64,000 bases of DNA from Blepharisma stoltei ATCC 30299. Its lineage: Eukaryota > Protista > Ciliophora. The stretch covers positions 615,472 to 679,471 of the forward strand of contig CBFDEM010000041.1 of the NCBI GenBank assembly GCA_965603825.1, given 5' to 3'. A program made the translations under genes and the position numbers. The notes below the pieces were generated by a model that was not told the origin of the DNA, ran no database searches, and was given only the letters and a program-made list of their open reading frames with translations. Position 1 is the stretch's first letter, and every line of letters starts with the position of its first letter. Shown piece by piece: positions 36,081 to 48,032 of the stretch.

Positions 36081-38189
36081 TTATAAATATTTTATAACAG
36101 TTTTTATCAATTCTTCAGATGAGCAAGGTTTATGCAAAAATTCTACCATACCGCTTTCATAACAAAGTTTTCTGTCTTCATCAGAATTATAAGCAGAATA
36201 TCCGATGATATTTGGCAAGTTTTTGATTTTATTTTCTTTAAAATAATGATTTATCAGCCTGGAAGCTTCTCATCCATTCATAACAGGCATACTGCAGTCC
36301 ATAATAATCACTTTAAATCCCATATCTAAACTATCTTGTTCAACTACTTTATTAACTGCGATTTGTCCATTCCGGGCTTCTGCATAAGAAATTTGGTATT
36401 TTTTTAGAATTGATTCCAAAATTTCCAAGTTAAACTCTGTGTCATCTACTATTAATACAGCTCGCCTCCGTTTCTCTTTAAAGCTTTTCATTGACAATGA
36501 CATTTCTGGAACGACGTCCTCATTGAATTCTTTATGATTCATTTTGAACTCGATACAATTTTTACTGTCATTCTCGTTTAAATTAATCTGAAAATAAAAT
36601 ATTGAGCATTTCCCTATAACAGATTTAGCTTGGACTCCTTTTCCTCCTAAAAGTTTAATTAATAAGTTAGAAATATAGAGCCCAAAACCATTTCCTTGCA
36701 AATTTACTCATTGTATCGCAATAGAATTTAAGCTTGCTAAAAGATTTTCTAATGCAGGTTTTTCCATTCCAATCCCAGAGTCCTCAACATAAATTTTTAA
36801 GTGATTTTTGTGGGTCATGACTAGAGAAATTTCAATTTTTCCTTTTAGTGTATGTCTTACTGCATTCGTTAATAAATTCAAAAGCACTTGGCTTAGCCTC
36901 ATCTGATCTGTAAAAATTTCTGCAGGCAAAGAAGGGTCTATTCTGCTTACTACAGAAATTCCTTTTCTTTCAGCTTGCAAATGAATTAAATTGCAAACAT
37001 TGGCAACAATGCTTCTAATATCACAATAGGTTTTACTTATTTTAAGCTCCCCTGCTAGAATTTTCGAATAATCAAGCAAGTCATTTATAAGGGAAAGCAT
37101 CAGTTTGCTTGAAACTGAGATAATTGTCAAAATCTTCTTAATATTTTCATCATTAAAATGAAAATTTTCAAGAAGCTCATTAGTGAAGTGAATAATGGAA
37201 TTCAAAGGCGTCTTAAGCTCATGGGAAGCAGAGCGTAAAATCAGGTTTTTGACGTTTTCTTTAGCAATGTCTTCTTCCAGCATGATAATATGGTTTGCAT
37301 TTCTTATAGACACAAATAAAGCAGAATGGTCTTCTCAAGTTATATTGCGTGCTTTTCACTCAAGGCTATCACAGCCTGATGTAGTTATTCCTAATGTATA
37401 TTCCTGATTATTAGAATTTGCTAATAAATAGCTGATATCATCTCATAGACTATTTGATGTATTAAAATCAGATATTTTTTTATTAATTGTATATTGTGTT
37501 TTACAGATAATTTTCTTCAAATTTTCCTCATTAGTGTTAAGTAATTGTAAGGATTTTTCGTTAAAAAAGTCGATTTCACCTGAAACTGAAATTATAATAA
37601 TCCCATCAAATAAAGATTGTGTAATTGTATTCAGGCGATTTGTAGTACTTTCAAGCTGATTTCTATATGAAAAATGCTCAAAAGACACTTTTGAAGTATG
37701 AACCCAATATACTCCGCAGGAAAAAATAAAAATAATCGTATGATAAACGAATTTCTTAAAATCTGCATATAGCCAGTAGTGCCAAACTATCATATGGGTG
37801 AGTATTGAGCAGCAAAATCCTATTTTTGTTGTTATCACTGAAAATGTAAATTGGACTCTAAGGAAAAATGAAAGCATTTCGAAAAAAGGGTAATATATAT
37901 AATTTCTTGAATAGAGACTCATAGATATACTATAAAACTCTGCCATTAATAGCAAAATACAAAGCTTCATGCTACTGTTCAATTTCGACGCAAGAATTGT
38001 TAAAATCCAAACAAAGACATTAGACAAGGCAAAGGGCAGAAAATCCGTTCAGTGAAAATTCGCTGGAACAAAAATTTCTTTTATCACTCTTAAAGCAGTA
38101 GGAAATATTCCGACTATAGAATTGATAATCAGCGACTTGTAAGAAATCTCTATTTCTTCTTTCCATCACAAATCTCTAAGTTTGTCCAT
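36081..38189 (-). CDS. Membrane hybrid histidine kinase, copy B
   Basis: ATG at 38189, in frame through TGAs to TAA at 36081. SHELKTPLN, NLLTNA, EDSGIG, GNGFGL, VDD, MDCSMPVMNGW, KP. Confidence 0.9.
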
Positions 38190-38599
38190 AAAGTTATAAT
38201 ATTTCTTATTAAAAGCTGACTTTTATGATATTTAATTTAAAAAAAACAAAAAATGTTCAAAAGGGCTCTGAAGTATTTAGCTTTTACAGAAGTTAATTAT
38301 TTTTAATGCTTTTTTGATATGCTTATCCTTTATTCAAAAAATTAAAAAAATTATGGGGTTTCGACATTTAATTAGAACAATTTATTTCACCATGATTAGT
38401 TTAATCAAATCAAGGTTAAATTTTTGTTAAAAAGAGATATAAATACTAGACCAATAATCCTTATATTAAATTTGAGATTATTTATCTAATTTTAAGAATT
38501 TTGCAATTTTCTGATTATATTTTTCATGCAAAGCTACTTTAAGCTTTACAGACACATTTTTACTAGTAAATACGAACTTTTTTTTTATAAAAGTTAAAA

Positions 38600-39589
38600 T
38601 TAAGTAAAACTCTTTTGTGGGATTTTTGCTCTTGGAGGAGTGAAAGGTCTTCCACCAGCCATCCCTGATGCAGTACCCATCTTTTTCTCTGCTGGCTTCA
38701 AAATCTGGAAGCTACACATCAAGGTTTCATCAATACTCATCATAGCCCCAGCATTATCAAATTCTCCACAATAATTCGGTGCCGAAAACAATGTAACTAG
38801 CTGTCTTTTTGCAAAAAATTCATAGCCATCTTCTACCACTTGATGGGCTCTACATATCAAGTCTAAATCTTGTCTCCTCAAAAACCCAGCCACAATTTCA
38901 GCGCCAAAAGTATAAGAAACTCCTCTTTCGTTTTCTCCCCAGCCTTGAACTTCTTTATCAGGGTCACTTCATAATAAATCACATAGCAGCCCAGTGTCAG
39001 GAACATCAATTGGTCTCATAATTCGCCTGACTTGTTCCATATTGGTAAGATCTGGTGACAACCCTCCATGCATACAAAATATTTTATCGTCTATTAATGC
39101 TGCGACTGGCATGCAATTAAAACAGTCTGTAAAGGTTTTTCATAGTTTTATGTTGTATCTTCGTTTGCATTCATCATAAAAACCATAAATTCTGTTTATA
39201 GAGGCACATTCGTGGTTTCCACGAAGAAGAAAGAAGTGCTCAGGGTATTTTATTTTGTAAGAAAGGAGTAAGCAGATTGTTTCTAGGCTTTGTTTACCTC
39301 TGTCAACATAATCTCCGAGGAAAAGATAATTTGATTCAGGCGGAAACCCACCATACTCAAACAGTCTAAGCAAATCATAATATTGCCCATGCACATCACC
39401 ACAGACTTTTAGCGGTGCTTCAAGCTCTAATAGGATCGGCTGAGACATAAACACTTCTCTTGACCTAATGCAAATTCCTCTGACTTCTTGTTCTGTTAGA
39501 TTTACTTGTTTTCCAGGTCTAGAACCTCTAACTTCTAGTAGTTTATCAATTATGCTGTCAATGTTTAAATCAGAAGGATTAGAGACCAT
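38600..39589 (-). CDS. PP1: Serine/threonine protein phosphatase 1 catalytic subunit
   Basis: GDVHG, GDYVDRG, RGNHE, SAPNY; invariant Trp residues of KLWK (39140) and LLWSDP (38969) are encoded by TGA. Confidence 0.98.
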
Positions 39590-39955
39590 TTAATTTATGC
39601 GAAATAATTTAGGGAATTAATTTTAGAAATTTAATTGAAGATGACGCATTTTAGTAATAAAATTAGAATTTTTGAATAGAATGGGAAGCATCAGGAAATT
39701 TATTTATTGATATAAAGAATGCCACATTTATAGGCTAAAATTTTTATATTTGACGAAATTGCAATTTATTGGAAAATTTACTTTATAAAATAAAGTACAT
39801 TACAAAGAGAAAAGCTTCTTAATATAAAAATATTGAAGAATAAACTTGAAATAAGTATTATTATAAGCTGAATGATAATTTTTTATAGCATCTTTAATTA
39901 TTTTACTATAAAAATATTCCATTTCTGAGTTACAATCTGCTAATTATATTAATAA

Positions 39956-41224
39956 ATGTCTCTACATGTTACAGGCCAAGGTTGCATTAAGCCAGCTATT
40001 AGACCTCTTGATTTAAAACCAAAACAAGCACTCCTACCTATTTCAATAGAAGCTCTTTCCCATCCAAATTTGGATGGGAATGCAATATTTCAAGATTTGA
40101 AATCCAAGCTAACTTCTTTTTACCAATCAAACCACCATCATAATAACTCAAAACAATGACTATCAGTATTTCATTCTTCACTTTATGCACTTCTAAATGA
40201 AGTTAAATGCACCCAAGACAAAGAAATGCAGGATAGCTTGCTTCAAAAGGTATCGAATTGATACTATTCTAAAATCTCAACAAAGCATACAATGCCTGAA
40301 ACCCCCGAAGTTGGAAAAGATTCAAGCCCAGGCTATATATCAAGGCTATCAACTGATGATAACTCTGTTATTGTAAGCCATCATAGAGGATTGTCATTAT
40401 TGCCTGATTTATCGTCAAGGTCTCCATCGCCTCCACCTCTATCGTTGCATTCTTATAATTGATCATTAAGCTATGAAAAGCCAAGATATGCAGCTTTTAC
40501 TTCACATAATAGCAATCGACCTATAACTGAAGCTGAAATTAACCTCGAAAAAAGGCTCGAAAAAATAAAATCCCGAGAAAGGCAGCGCAGAAAAGTCCAC
40601 TTATTCAGAGAAAGTATTTTTTATATAGAAATTCAGAAAGACTTCGGCAGCTACCAAGGCAGAAAAAACGAAGAATTTTCAAAAAAAATGCAGATGATAG
40701 AAGAAAATTACAGGGAAAGAAGAATCAAAAAATTTAGCGAAAAAGAAAGAAAATACAATACCGCCCACATCGATTTTTCGAGTATCAAAAAAGAAGACTC
40801 TGATGAAGAAAGCAGCACAGATGAAGAAGCATCAGTGAATTACTCAAATTTCAACAAAGTTGGGAGGTTAAGAAATTTATATTCGAGGCTAATTGGCATT
40901 GAAGAAGTCCCTTATCGGCCTAAAAAAAGAAGAAATATTTCGCTTACTATAAATTTCAATAATGTTTCTGATATGCAAGAGCCAAATCCTCAGGTAAGAA
41001 ATTTTCATGAGCAAATTAATGAGACTTTTTTAGTGAAGTCTAAGCTAGCACATAGAGGGATCAGAATTCCTATTAAAGAGCTGGAAGAAGGGATAGTTGG
41101 CTTTATTTCAGCAGGACCTGTAAAGCCATCTGATTTACCAAAAGGTGGAGAAAGTTTGCTAGAAAACCCTACACCGTGTATAACCAAAGAGAAAAGCAAG
41201 AAAAAAAAGCCAAAAAAAGACTAA
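39956..41224 (+). CDS. Hypothetical protein (TGA=Trp; probable in-frame 15-nt intron 40614-40628)
   Basis: ORFs 39956-40159 and 40688-41224 share a frame with only TGA between them. Confidence 0.75.
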
Positions 41225-41264
41225 TCTAATGTGTTATAATCAATAACCTGTAAGCTATAAAATT

Positions 41265-41828
41265 ATGAAAATCTCACCAAAAGTCGGCTCTTTAAGCCCT
41301 TTGCGGCTTTATCGAAACCAAAATCCTTTTTTCCCTCCTACAAATCATGACTCAATCAGATCCTTCCCCAAAATTCTGCTTCGAAACTCCTCTAACGATA
41401 TAAAACTTCACCGAAATTTTCTGACCGAAAAGTGTAAAAATGTAAAAGACCTAAAAAAATCGTACATTTTGACCCCGAAAGGCCTAGAAAGCAAAGATAT
41501 ATATGGAGGGTCAAGAGAGCTGAGTCGATATTCAAAATCGTCTCGTCTATTTCATTACAGCCCTTTAATGAGCATTAGGAGGCCAAAACTTAAAGAAAGA
41601 AGTATGCGATTTTTAATAAATGAAACAGATAGGAAAATTTCTGAATTTTTGTCTGAGGCGAGCTCTCCTGTGTCAAAACCTGAGACTCCTATACAAAAAT
41701 TAAAAGGATCACCGAAAAAATTGAGCGAAAGGAGGTTTAGAAAATTAAGATTAAAACACATAGGGGTTGTGGATGAAGGGGTCCAGGCTTTTGAAGATAG
41801 CCCAAGGGATTATTTTGACGAGTATTAA
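41265..41828 (+). CDS. Hypothetical basic Ser/Pro-rich protein
   Basis: ATG-TAA ORF of 187 aa. Confidence 0.7.
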   Translation: MKISPKVGSLSPLRLYRNQNPFFPPTNHDSIRSFPKILLRNSSNDIKLHRNFLTEKCKNVKDLKKSYILTPKGLESKDIYGGSRELSRYSKSSRLFHYSPLMSIRRPKLKERSMRFLINETDRKISEFLSEASSPVSKPETPIQKLKGSPKKLSERRFRKLRLKHIGVVDEGVQAFEDSPRDYFDEY

Positions 41829-42394
41829 ACTAAATAAAATTAATTTACCGTATGAATCTTATCATCTGGCTAATATTAATAAAATTTTAAATTTACCGTA
41901 AATCCTGTGAATTTTACCTAGGAAGTCTATCTCTAATTACCTATGCTTACTCTCTTAGCCCTGCCGCTAAATCATTAGAATTTGATTATCATCTGCGAAA
42001 AAGTACGATATTAGCTTGATGCAATTCTTTGAGCATTCCTAAGATACTTTGATAGATAGACTTTTGCTGAATTTTATAAAATTAGCTTTAGGATGTTCGA
42101 TAAGTATTCAAATAAAAAGCTAAATACTCTGCCCTCACGATCATTCCCAGACGTAGTCAAAATCACTGGACCTTAGTAAGCTACTTGCTATTTGCTTCAT
42201 TTCTTCATATATAAAAGTATATTGCAGGTTAGACATTTTGTTAATAAAGTTTTGGGAAATTATAAGGGCATGGAGAATAGTAAAGGCAATAATAACACTG
42301 CTGGCTACAAGAGCAGAATCAAGAATATACACATAAATCTAAAAAAATTAAATTATCAAGAGTAATTTTTATATAAAATTAATTTCTATCTATA

Positions 42395-43276
42395 ATGAAT
42401 AAAATAAATCCTGGACGAAAAATCTTAGATATAAGGATCGATATGGGAAACCAAAGTTATTCTCACATAAGAGTCCACGAAAATGACGAGCCCGATGATT
42501 TAGCTTATAAGTTCTGCTTAGAAAATGAATTAAATATTGACGAATGCCAATCTTTAATATCAAAAGCTATAGAACATCAAATTGATATCCTTCTTGATGA
42601 GGAAGAAAGAAGTAATAAGCTACTCAATACTAGCAAATTAACTTCTGCCCAAACTTATAAAAACGAATTAAATTTAGCCTCCCATCACAAATTTCAGAAT
42701 TATTTCAATAATCTCAGACAAAAACAAGAAAATTGTTCAATAAAAGGCAGATATGAGCTGAGTTCTGAAAGGTCTCAGAAAAGTATTGAAGAACAAGTGA
42801 AACATTCCATAAGGCATTCTTCATTGACGAAATTTAATAATACCTATGCACCAAGCTTTAAGCTTAACAAAACACAAATGATTAGACCAGCTTCCAACAG
42901 TCGTGAGAGAAATGAAAAAATTATCGGAAAAAATTCAGAAAAAATATTTATCAGGATGAAAAAGGACAGATATGTAAAATTGTTTAGATTATTAAATCCT
43001 GGTAATCACTCAAGTTTGTTGTTTCTGTCTAAAATTGATTTTGAGCTATTAACCAGCCAACTAATTAATATTTTGAAGCCATTGTGGGCAAATTTAGAAG
43101 AAAATGAAGGCGGCATAGATTATGAAATGTTCAGTATATTTATGGATGATATTTTAATTTATTTGACTCCTGGTGACAAATCTTTATTATTTTCCCAGAT
43201 TGAAAAGCTAGCTAAAAATCGAGATTCTAGTAGCTTTAGTGCAAATGCAATGAAGAAGAAATTTGAATTAATATAA
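42395..43276 (+). CDS. Hypothetical protein (IRIDMG..VHENDEPDDLAYKFC N-domain; degenerate EF-hand-like C-terminus)
   Basis: ATG-TAA ORF of 293 aa. Confidence 0.75.
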   Translation: MNKINPGRKILDIRIDMGNQSYSHIRVHENDEPDDLAYKFCLENELNIDECQSLISKAIEHQIDILLDEEERSNKLLNTSKLTSAQTYKNELNLASHHKFQNYFNNLRQKQENCSIKGRYELSSERSQKSIEEQVKHSIRHSSLTKFNNTYAPSFKLNKTQMIRPASNSRERNEKIIGKNSEKIFIRMKKDRYVKLFRLLNPGNHSSLLFLSKIDFELLTSQLINILKPLWANLEENEGGIDYEMFSIFMDDILIYLTPGDKSLLFSQIEKLAKNRDSSSFSANAMKKKFELI

Positions 43277-43386
43277 TTTTTGTATAATAAATCATCATTT
43301 GGCTTTTCCATCTTATTTTTAATAAAATTAAAAATTGCCATTAAATGCCCTATTATTTATAGACGCTTACCAAAAGCATCGAACAA

Positions 43387-44052
43387 CTATGACATCTGCA
43401 TCGAATTATAAAGTTCATCTAAATCATTTTGCTGTGGGTTCTTCTGTACATTTGGTGTCTCCTTTACATCTACAATAACCTCTCTCTGCCTTTCAAACGT
43501 TTTTCCAGTTTCCATCCCCACCATTTCTGACTCCAATTCTTTAGCTTCCAGCTCATCAAGCTCATTTAGCAGCTCATCTTCGTCTACAGATGCCATAAAC
43601 CCAATAGGCTGTGATATAGCTTCATTCATTTCTTGCAATAAATCTTGCTGCTCCTCCATATCGTCCTTCAGCTGATCTACATCATCAATTTTTATTTCTC
43701 CATGGACATCTTTTAACGCTTGATTTCCTGATTTTAAGGTGTCAAAAATATTTTTATTCATGCTGGCTCCTTCAATAGCAAACATTTGCTGCTCCAAATT
43801 CATTCGGGACCCTTCTAATTTTGCGATTTCTCCTTCGTACATTTTTTTCCTTTTCAAACAGATGAGCGCACCATTTCGGTCTCCGAGTTTTTTACGCTGG
43901 AGGGCCATCTGCATTTCGTTCTGAGCTTTGTTTTGCAGAAGAACACCGCGCTTAGTGATGTCGTCAAGGGTTTTTCTGAGGGAATCTATAGTTTTGAGGA
44001 CCTCTTCTTGATTCATTGCTCTTTTCTTCTTCTTGTGACCGAACAGACGCAT
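43387..44052 (-). CDS. SNF7: ESCRT-III subunit SNF7/VPS32 (CHMP4)
   Basis: MRLFG, ALICLKRKKMYE, LEQQMFAIEGA, IDDVDQL, AISQPIG..DEDELLNELDELE. Confidence 0.93.
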   Translation of the reverse strand: MRLFGHKKKKRAMNQEEVLKTIDSLRKTLDDITKRGVLLQNKAQNEMQMALQRKKLGDRNGALICLKRKKMYEGEIAKLEGSRMNLEQQMFAIEGASMNKNIFDTLKSGNQALKDVHGEIKIDDVDQLKDDMEEQQDLLQEMNEAISQPIGFMASVDEDELLNELDELEAKELESEMVGMETGKTFERQREVIVDVKETPNVQKNPQQNDLDELYNSMQMS

Positions 44053-44321
44053 TTAATTATTATCAGATTAAAAATGTAGGAAAATTTATTTGGAAATTGC
44101 TGGGAGGAAAATTAATTTTTTGGGTGTCAGAATGAATTTTAAATAGGGAATTGGGTTTTAAAAAGATAAAGATCTATTAGAGAATATTAATGATAATTTC
44201 ATGATTGAAAATAAGCTTATTTGTTATTAATTTTATTATAAGCAATTATTAGGATATATTATAATCTATAATTAAGAAATTAATAAGCAAATATTATTAG
44301 AATAATTAATCCAGCCTAAGC

Positions 44322-47300
44322 TTAATATTTTGACCCTTTCATTATTGCAGCGATTCGGCTGATTTCAGGGTCCAAAAGCAAGTTTCTTGGTCTTGGAGGC
44401 TTCGAAGTTCTTGAAGAGCTAATTTGTTGACTTATAGACTTCTCTGCCTCTTTATATATTTTTTTCTCGTCAGTGCTGATATTCCGATTATGAGCCATTG
44501 TAAAAGAATTATTCTTGTCTTTATAATCATAAAAATTACTGTCTCCTTCAGTTTCTATACTAACCCCTTCACTATAAGTTTGGTTTAATACCTCATTTTT
44601 ATAATCACTTTTCCAGTCTTCAAAAGTTTCTTTTTCAGACGAATTTTTTTGTAAAAAATCAGGCACAAATTCTGGCAGCTTTATTGGATTTTCATTAATT
44701 TCAGCTGAGAAATTTTGGTCTGTATTTTTAAAATCTTGATAATTTTTATATAAGCAAGATGGGCTGTATTCTTCCTCGCCCTTTTCATAATTTAATTTAT
44801 ATAAAAATTGGCTATTTGTGTTTGCAGGTAAGCTTTCTTCAACAAAAGACTGAGACTTGTAATTGTTATATAATCCAGGGTCCTCAGAAATCCCAAAATT
44901 ATTGGAGCTTGATTTTTGGTGATTTCCTATTTTTTCGATTGCTGGAGTTTCTATATAAGTAATATCGGCTGTTGGATATTGGTAGTCTGGTGTAATTCCG
45001 AATTGATTTTCTTGAAAATTTTTAGCTGAGAGGTATTCAAATGCTTCTTTTGTGGCTTCGTCTGGATAATCTGATGATAAATAGTGTGGAATTTCGAATT
45101 CCTTTTCTTGAAAATTTTCTGCTGAGGAGTATTCAAATGTGCCATTTGCTGATGGACAGTGGGAATTTAAATAATTAGGAAGTTCAAATTGATTTTTTGG
45201 GATATTTTCAGTTGATGGGTATTGAAAGGACTCAAGCTTAAACTTCTCATAGCCTTGAATTAGCGGATTATCGAGAGATTGTGAAATATTTCCTAATTCT
45301 GTAGACAAACTATTATTTTTCAGGTTATTTTCTTCAACTTTTACCAGTTTTGGTGACGGAATTTTCCCTGATTTTTCAAGATTAGACGAAAATGAGTCTT
45401 TTTCGTTATAAAAATCTCTTTCAGCCGAACTAGGATAAATTGATGTAGGTATAATAGGAATTTCATATAGGTTTATTTTAGAAGTATCTGCTGAAGATAT
45501 AGTTGATTTTAAGGAAGAAATGCTTTTATATTCTTCTTTTTCAGAATTATTTATTGAAGAACTATAATACGGAGATAAATCAGTTGCTTTACGCTCATGA
45601 CTTCGAGTTTCAAATTGTTTTAAGCTTGAATTTTCTTGAGTATTTTCTATTGGCTTTGAAAAAAATAGAAGCTCATCTTTTAAAGAATTTGTCCTATAAT
45701 TCGCTGCAAGTGCTGGTTTTGCAGGAGAAGAATCACTTTTTTCATGCCTCCAAGACCCAAAATTTTGAGTCAAACTTTCAAGAGTCCTCATATTTTCCAA
45801 GTGTTTTTGATAAATTTTGTCAAAATCTTCTTCTTCCAGACTCTTCTCAATTTCCTTTGATTTTTCCTCAATTTTATTTTCAACTTTTTTCTCGATTGGC
45901 TTATTTATTTCTTTAATTGGTTCTACTATAGCACTCTTTTCAAGAATAGTATTATTAGGCAATACACTTAATTGGCTTGGTAAATTATTAATTTTTACCA
46001 AATTTTCATCAGTTAAATCAGGCTCAATTACCTTTTCATACTTCACAAAAACTTTTTTATAGGGGGACGGGCGTGATTGTTGAGGCATATTCTGTATTTT
46101 TATATTTAAACTGTTCTGTATTTTGACTGGCTCTGGGACTATATCAAGGATTTTATAAAGGTCTGTAAATAAAACTCTTCTATGGGTTGATGTTAAAGGA
46201 TTTTCTTTAACAACTAAAGTAAGAAAATCTTGGATCTCTTCAGAAGGAATTTCTAGCTGTAGTTTTTCGAAAAAATTGACAAAGCTTAGGGTATGAAGGA
46301 ATCCTAAATTATATTTGTCGGCTATTTTTAGTTCTTCTTCTAAGTTTATATGAGAAATTTTCAATGCATTTTTTAAGTTTTGAATTAATTCATTTTTTGA
46401 TTTTTTCTGCAAGTTTATAGAGATTTGAGGCTGTTTTATAATTTTCATGTCTTGAATTTTATTTGTTTTTGTGGATTCCTGCTTAATATTAGGTGGCTTT
46501 TCTTGAAAATCATCAAATTGGCGCTCATATAGTCTAATTTCATCTTTTTTTAATGTAATTTCTTCAAAGCTCTCTTTTACTTCATAATTTTTTGTTAATT
46601 CAGTCTTTTTATTTTCACTTCCTCCATAAAAACTCACATCATCTATCATTTTACAATCTTTCATACCATTACTATCATTTAGAGTATTTTTCAAGCTTCC
46701 TTGATTTAAAAATAATGCAATATCATCAATGCTGTCAATGGCGCTATTTTCAATTTTTTCTATTTTCTCGACTTTTTCTATTTTTTCTATTTTTTCGACT
46801 TTTTCTATTTTTTTATCATAATTTAGCTCTTTAAAAGTGGCAGTTTTTCTTGGAGAATCCTCAAATTTTTTATCAATACTCTGTGTTAAGTCAAGCCTAT
46901 TTATTTGAGAAGGTGTCCCAACTGCTAATAAGACTTTAAGATAGCCTATATCTTTCCCAGTTTTTAGGCTATTTATAGGCTTATATTCATCTATAGCAAT
47001 AAATGGATACACAGTTTTTGTGAATGTTTCTAAGTTTGCACTGAGTGCTGTTCCAAATAAGCTTAACGGAAGTTTAACTAGTCCAAGCAAACTGTCTTGA
47101 GAATCAGTTTTGTCTCAAATTTCTAGAGGAATAATCCCTGAGTATAGTTTTGAAAGTGATTCATCATTAACTACTAGAGGAAAAAGCATTTTATAGTTAA
47201 TCGGAGTATTTTCTGAGTAATTTCAGAAAATTTGGGTTTGAAATTTATCTTTGTTCAAAAAAATTTTGTAACTAATAAAAAGATCAGGGCATGACCCATC

Positions 47301-47855
47301 AGCTCTTAATAGTTTGCTTGCTCTTTCTATTAAGAGATACAACTGAAACGTTGGGATTTCATCTTTTGGAGATAATGTGATAAACTTTTCAGGGGAATTT
47401 GAAGTTAAAGTAGTAGGCTCATCAATAGTTTTTTCAGATTCCGCTAATTTAACTGTATCAGAAAAATCAATTTCATCTGTAAAACTAATATCTTTGTCAT
47501 ACTCAGGTATTGCATCCTCTTCAAGCTCAAAAATTTTGGTAAAATCATCATTATGTTTTGCTTTGTCCATTCTTTTTCTTAAGCTTTCTCCTTTTTCTTT
47601 AATTCTATCTCATTCTCTACTTGTGCTTACTTCTGGATTTTTTTCTATTAATTGTGCCTTTTCTGTATTTCTCAATGTAAAAATACTTGGCGGCTTCACT
47701 CCTATTACATCTTTTTCTGGTAAATTTTCAAATTTAAAGGCTTCTTCATATAAATCGATTTCATTTTTTGATATTTTATTTCGTACCTCTTCAATTGTTG
47801 CTTTTAGTTCATTTAGTTTAAAACTTGCTAATAAATCATCCTCGAATTCATCCAT
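44322..47855 (-). CDS. C2-domain protein, C2CD3-like (centriole/basal body)
   Basis: ORFs 47610-47855, 47223-47570 and 44322-47090 join via TGA (about 1177 aa). C2 segment LEIW(TGA)DK..LLGLVKLPL..YPFIAIDEYKPI..GYLKVLLAVG..QI; C-terminal EISRIAAIM. Confidence 0.75.
46745..46815 (-). repeat. Coding tandem repeat (KIE/KVE)n, 9-bp unit
   Basis: KKIEKVEKIEKIEKVEKIEKIEN. Confidence 0.8.
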
Positions 47856-48032
47856 TTTTAAGGCTTTTTTCTATTTTATTATTTAATCTTTGCGTCATGA
47901 TTTTAGTTTTTTGGGAATAAATTTCTTTGTAAAATGAGATGTTATTTATTAATTCTTGCCTCTAAAGAATATAAAGAGTTTAACATAATAATTGGCATAC
48001 TTAGCTTTTAAAAATGGCTTATAATTATTGAA

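Noticed and set aside
33116-38189. Bacterial contamination or endosymbiont two-component operon
   Set aside because: The genes use the same UGA=Trp code and composition as the host genes and sit between APC5 and PP1.
41842-41900. AATTTACCGTA repeated twice downstream of the 41265-41828 gene
   Set aside because: Only two short copies in AT-rich DNA, with no support for a function.
42120-42332. Possible small minus-strand membrane protein
   Set aside because: It starts at GTG just after a TAG, has no convincing ATG or intron-rescued start and no recognisable motif; it may be a gene remnant.
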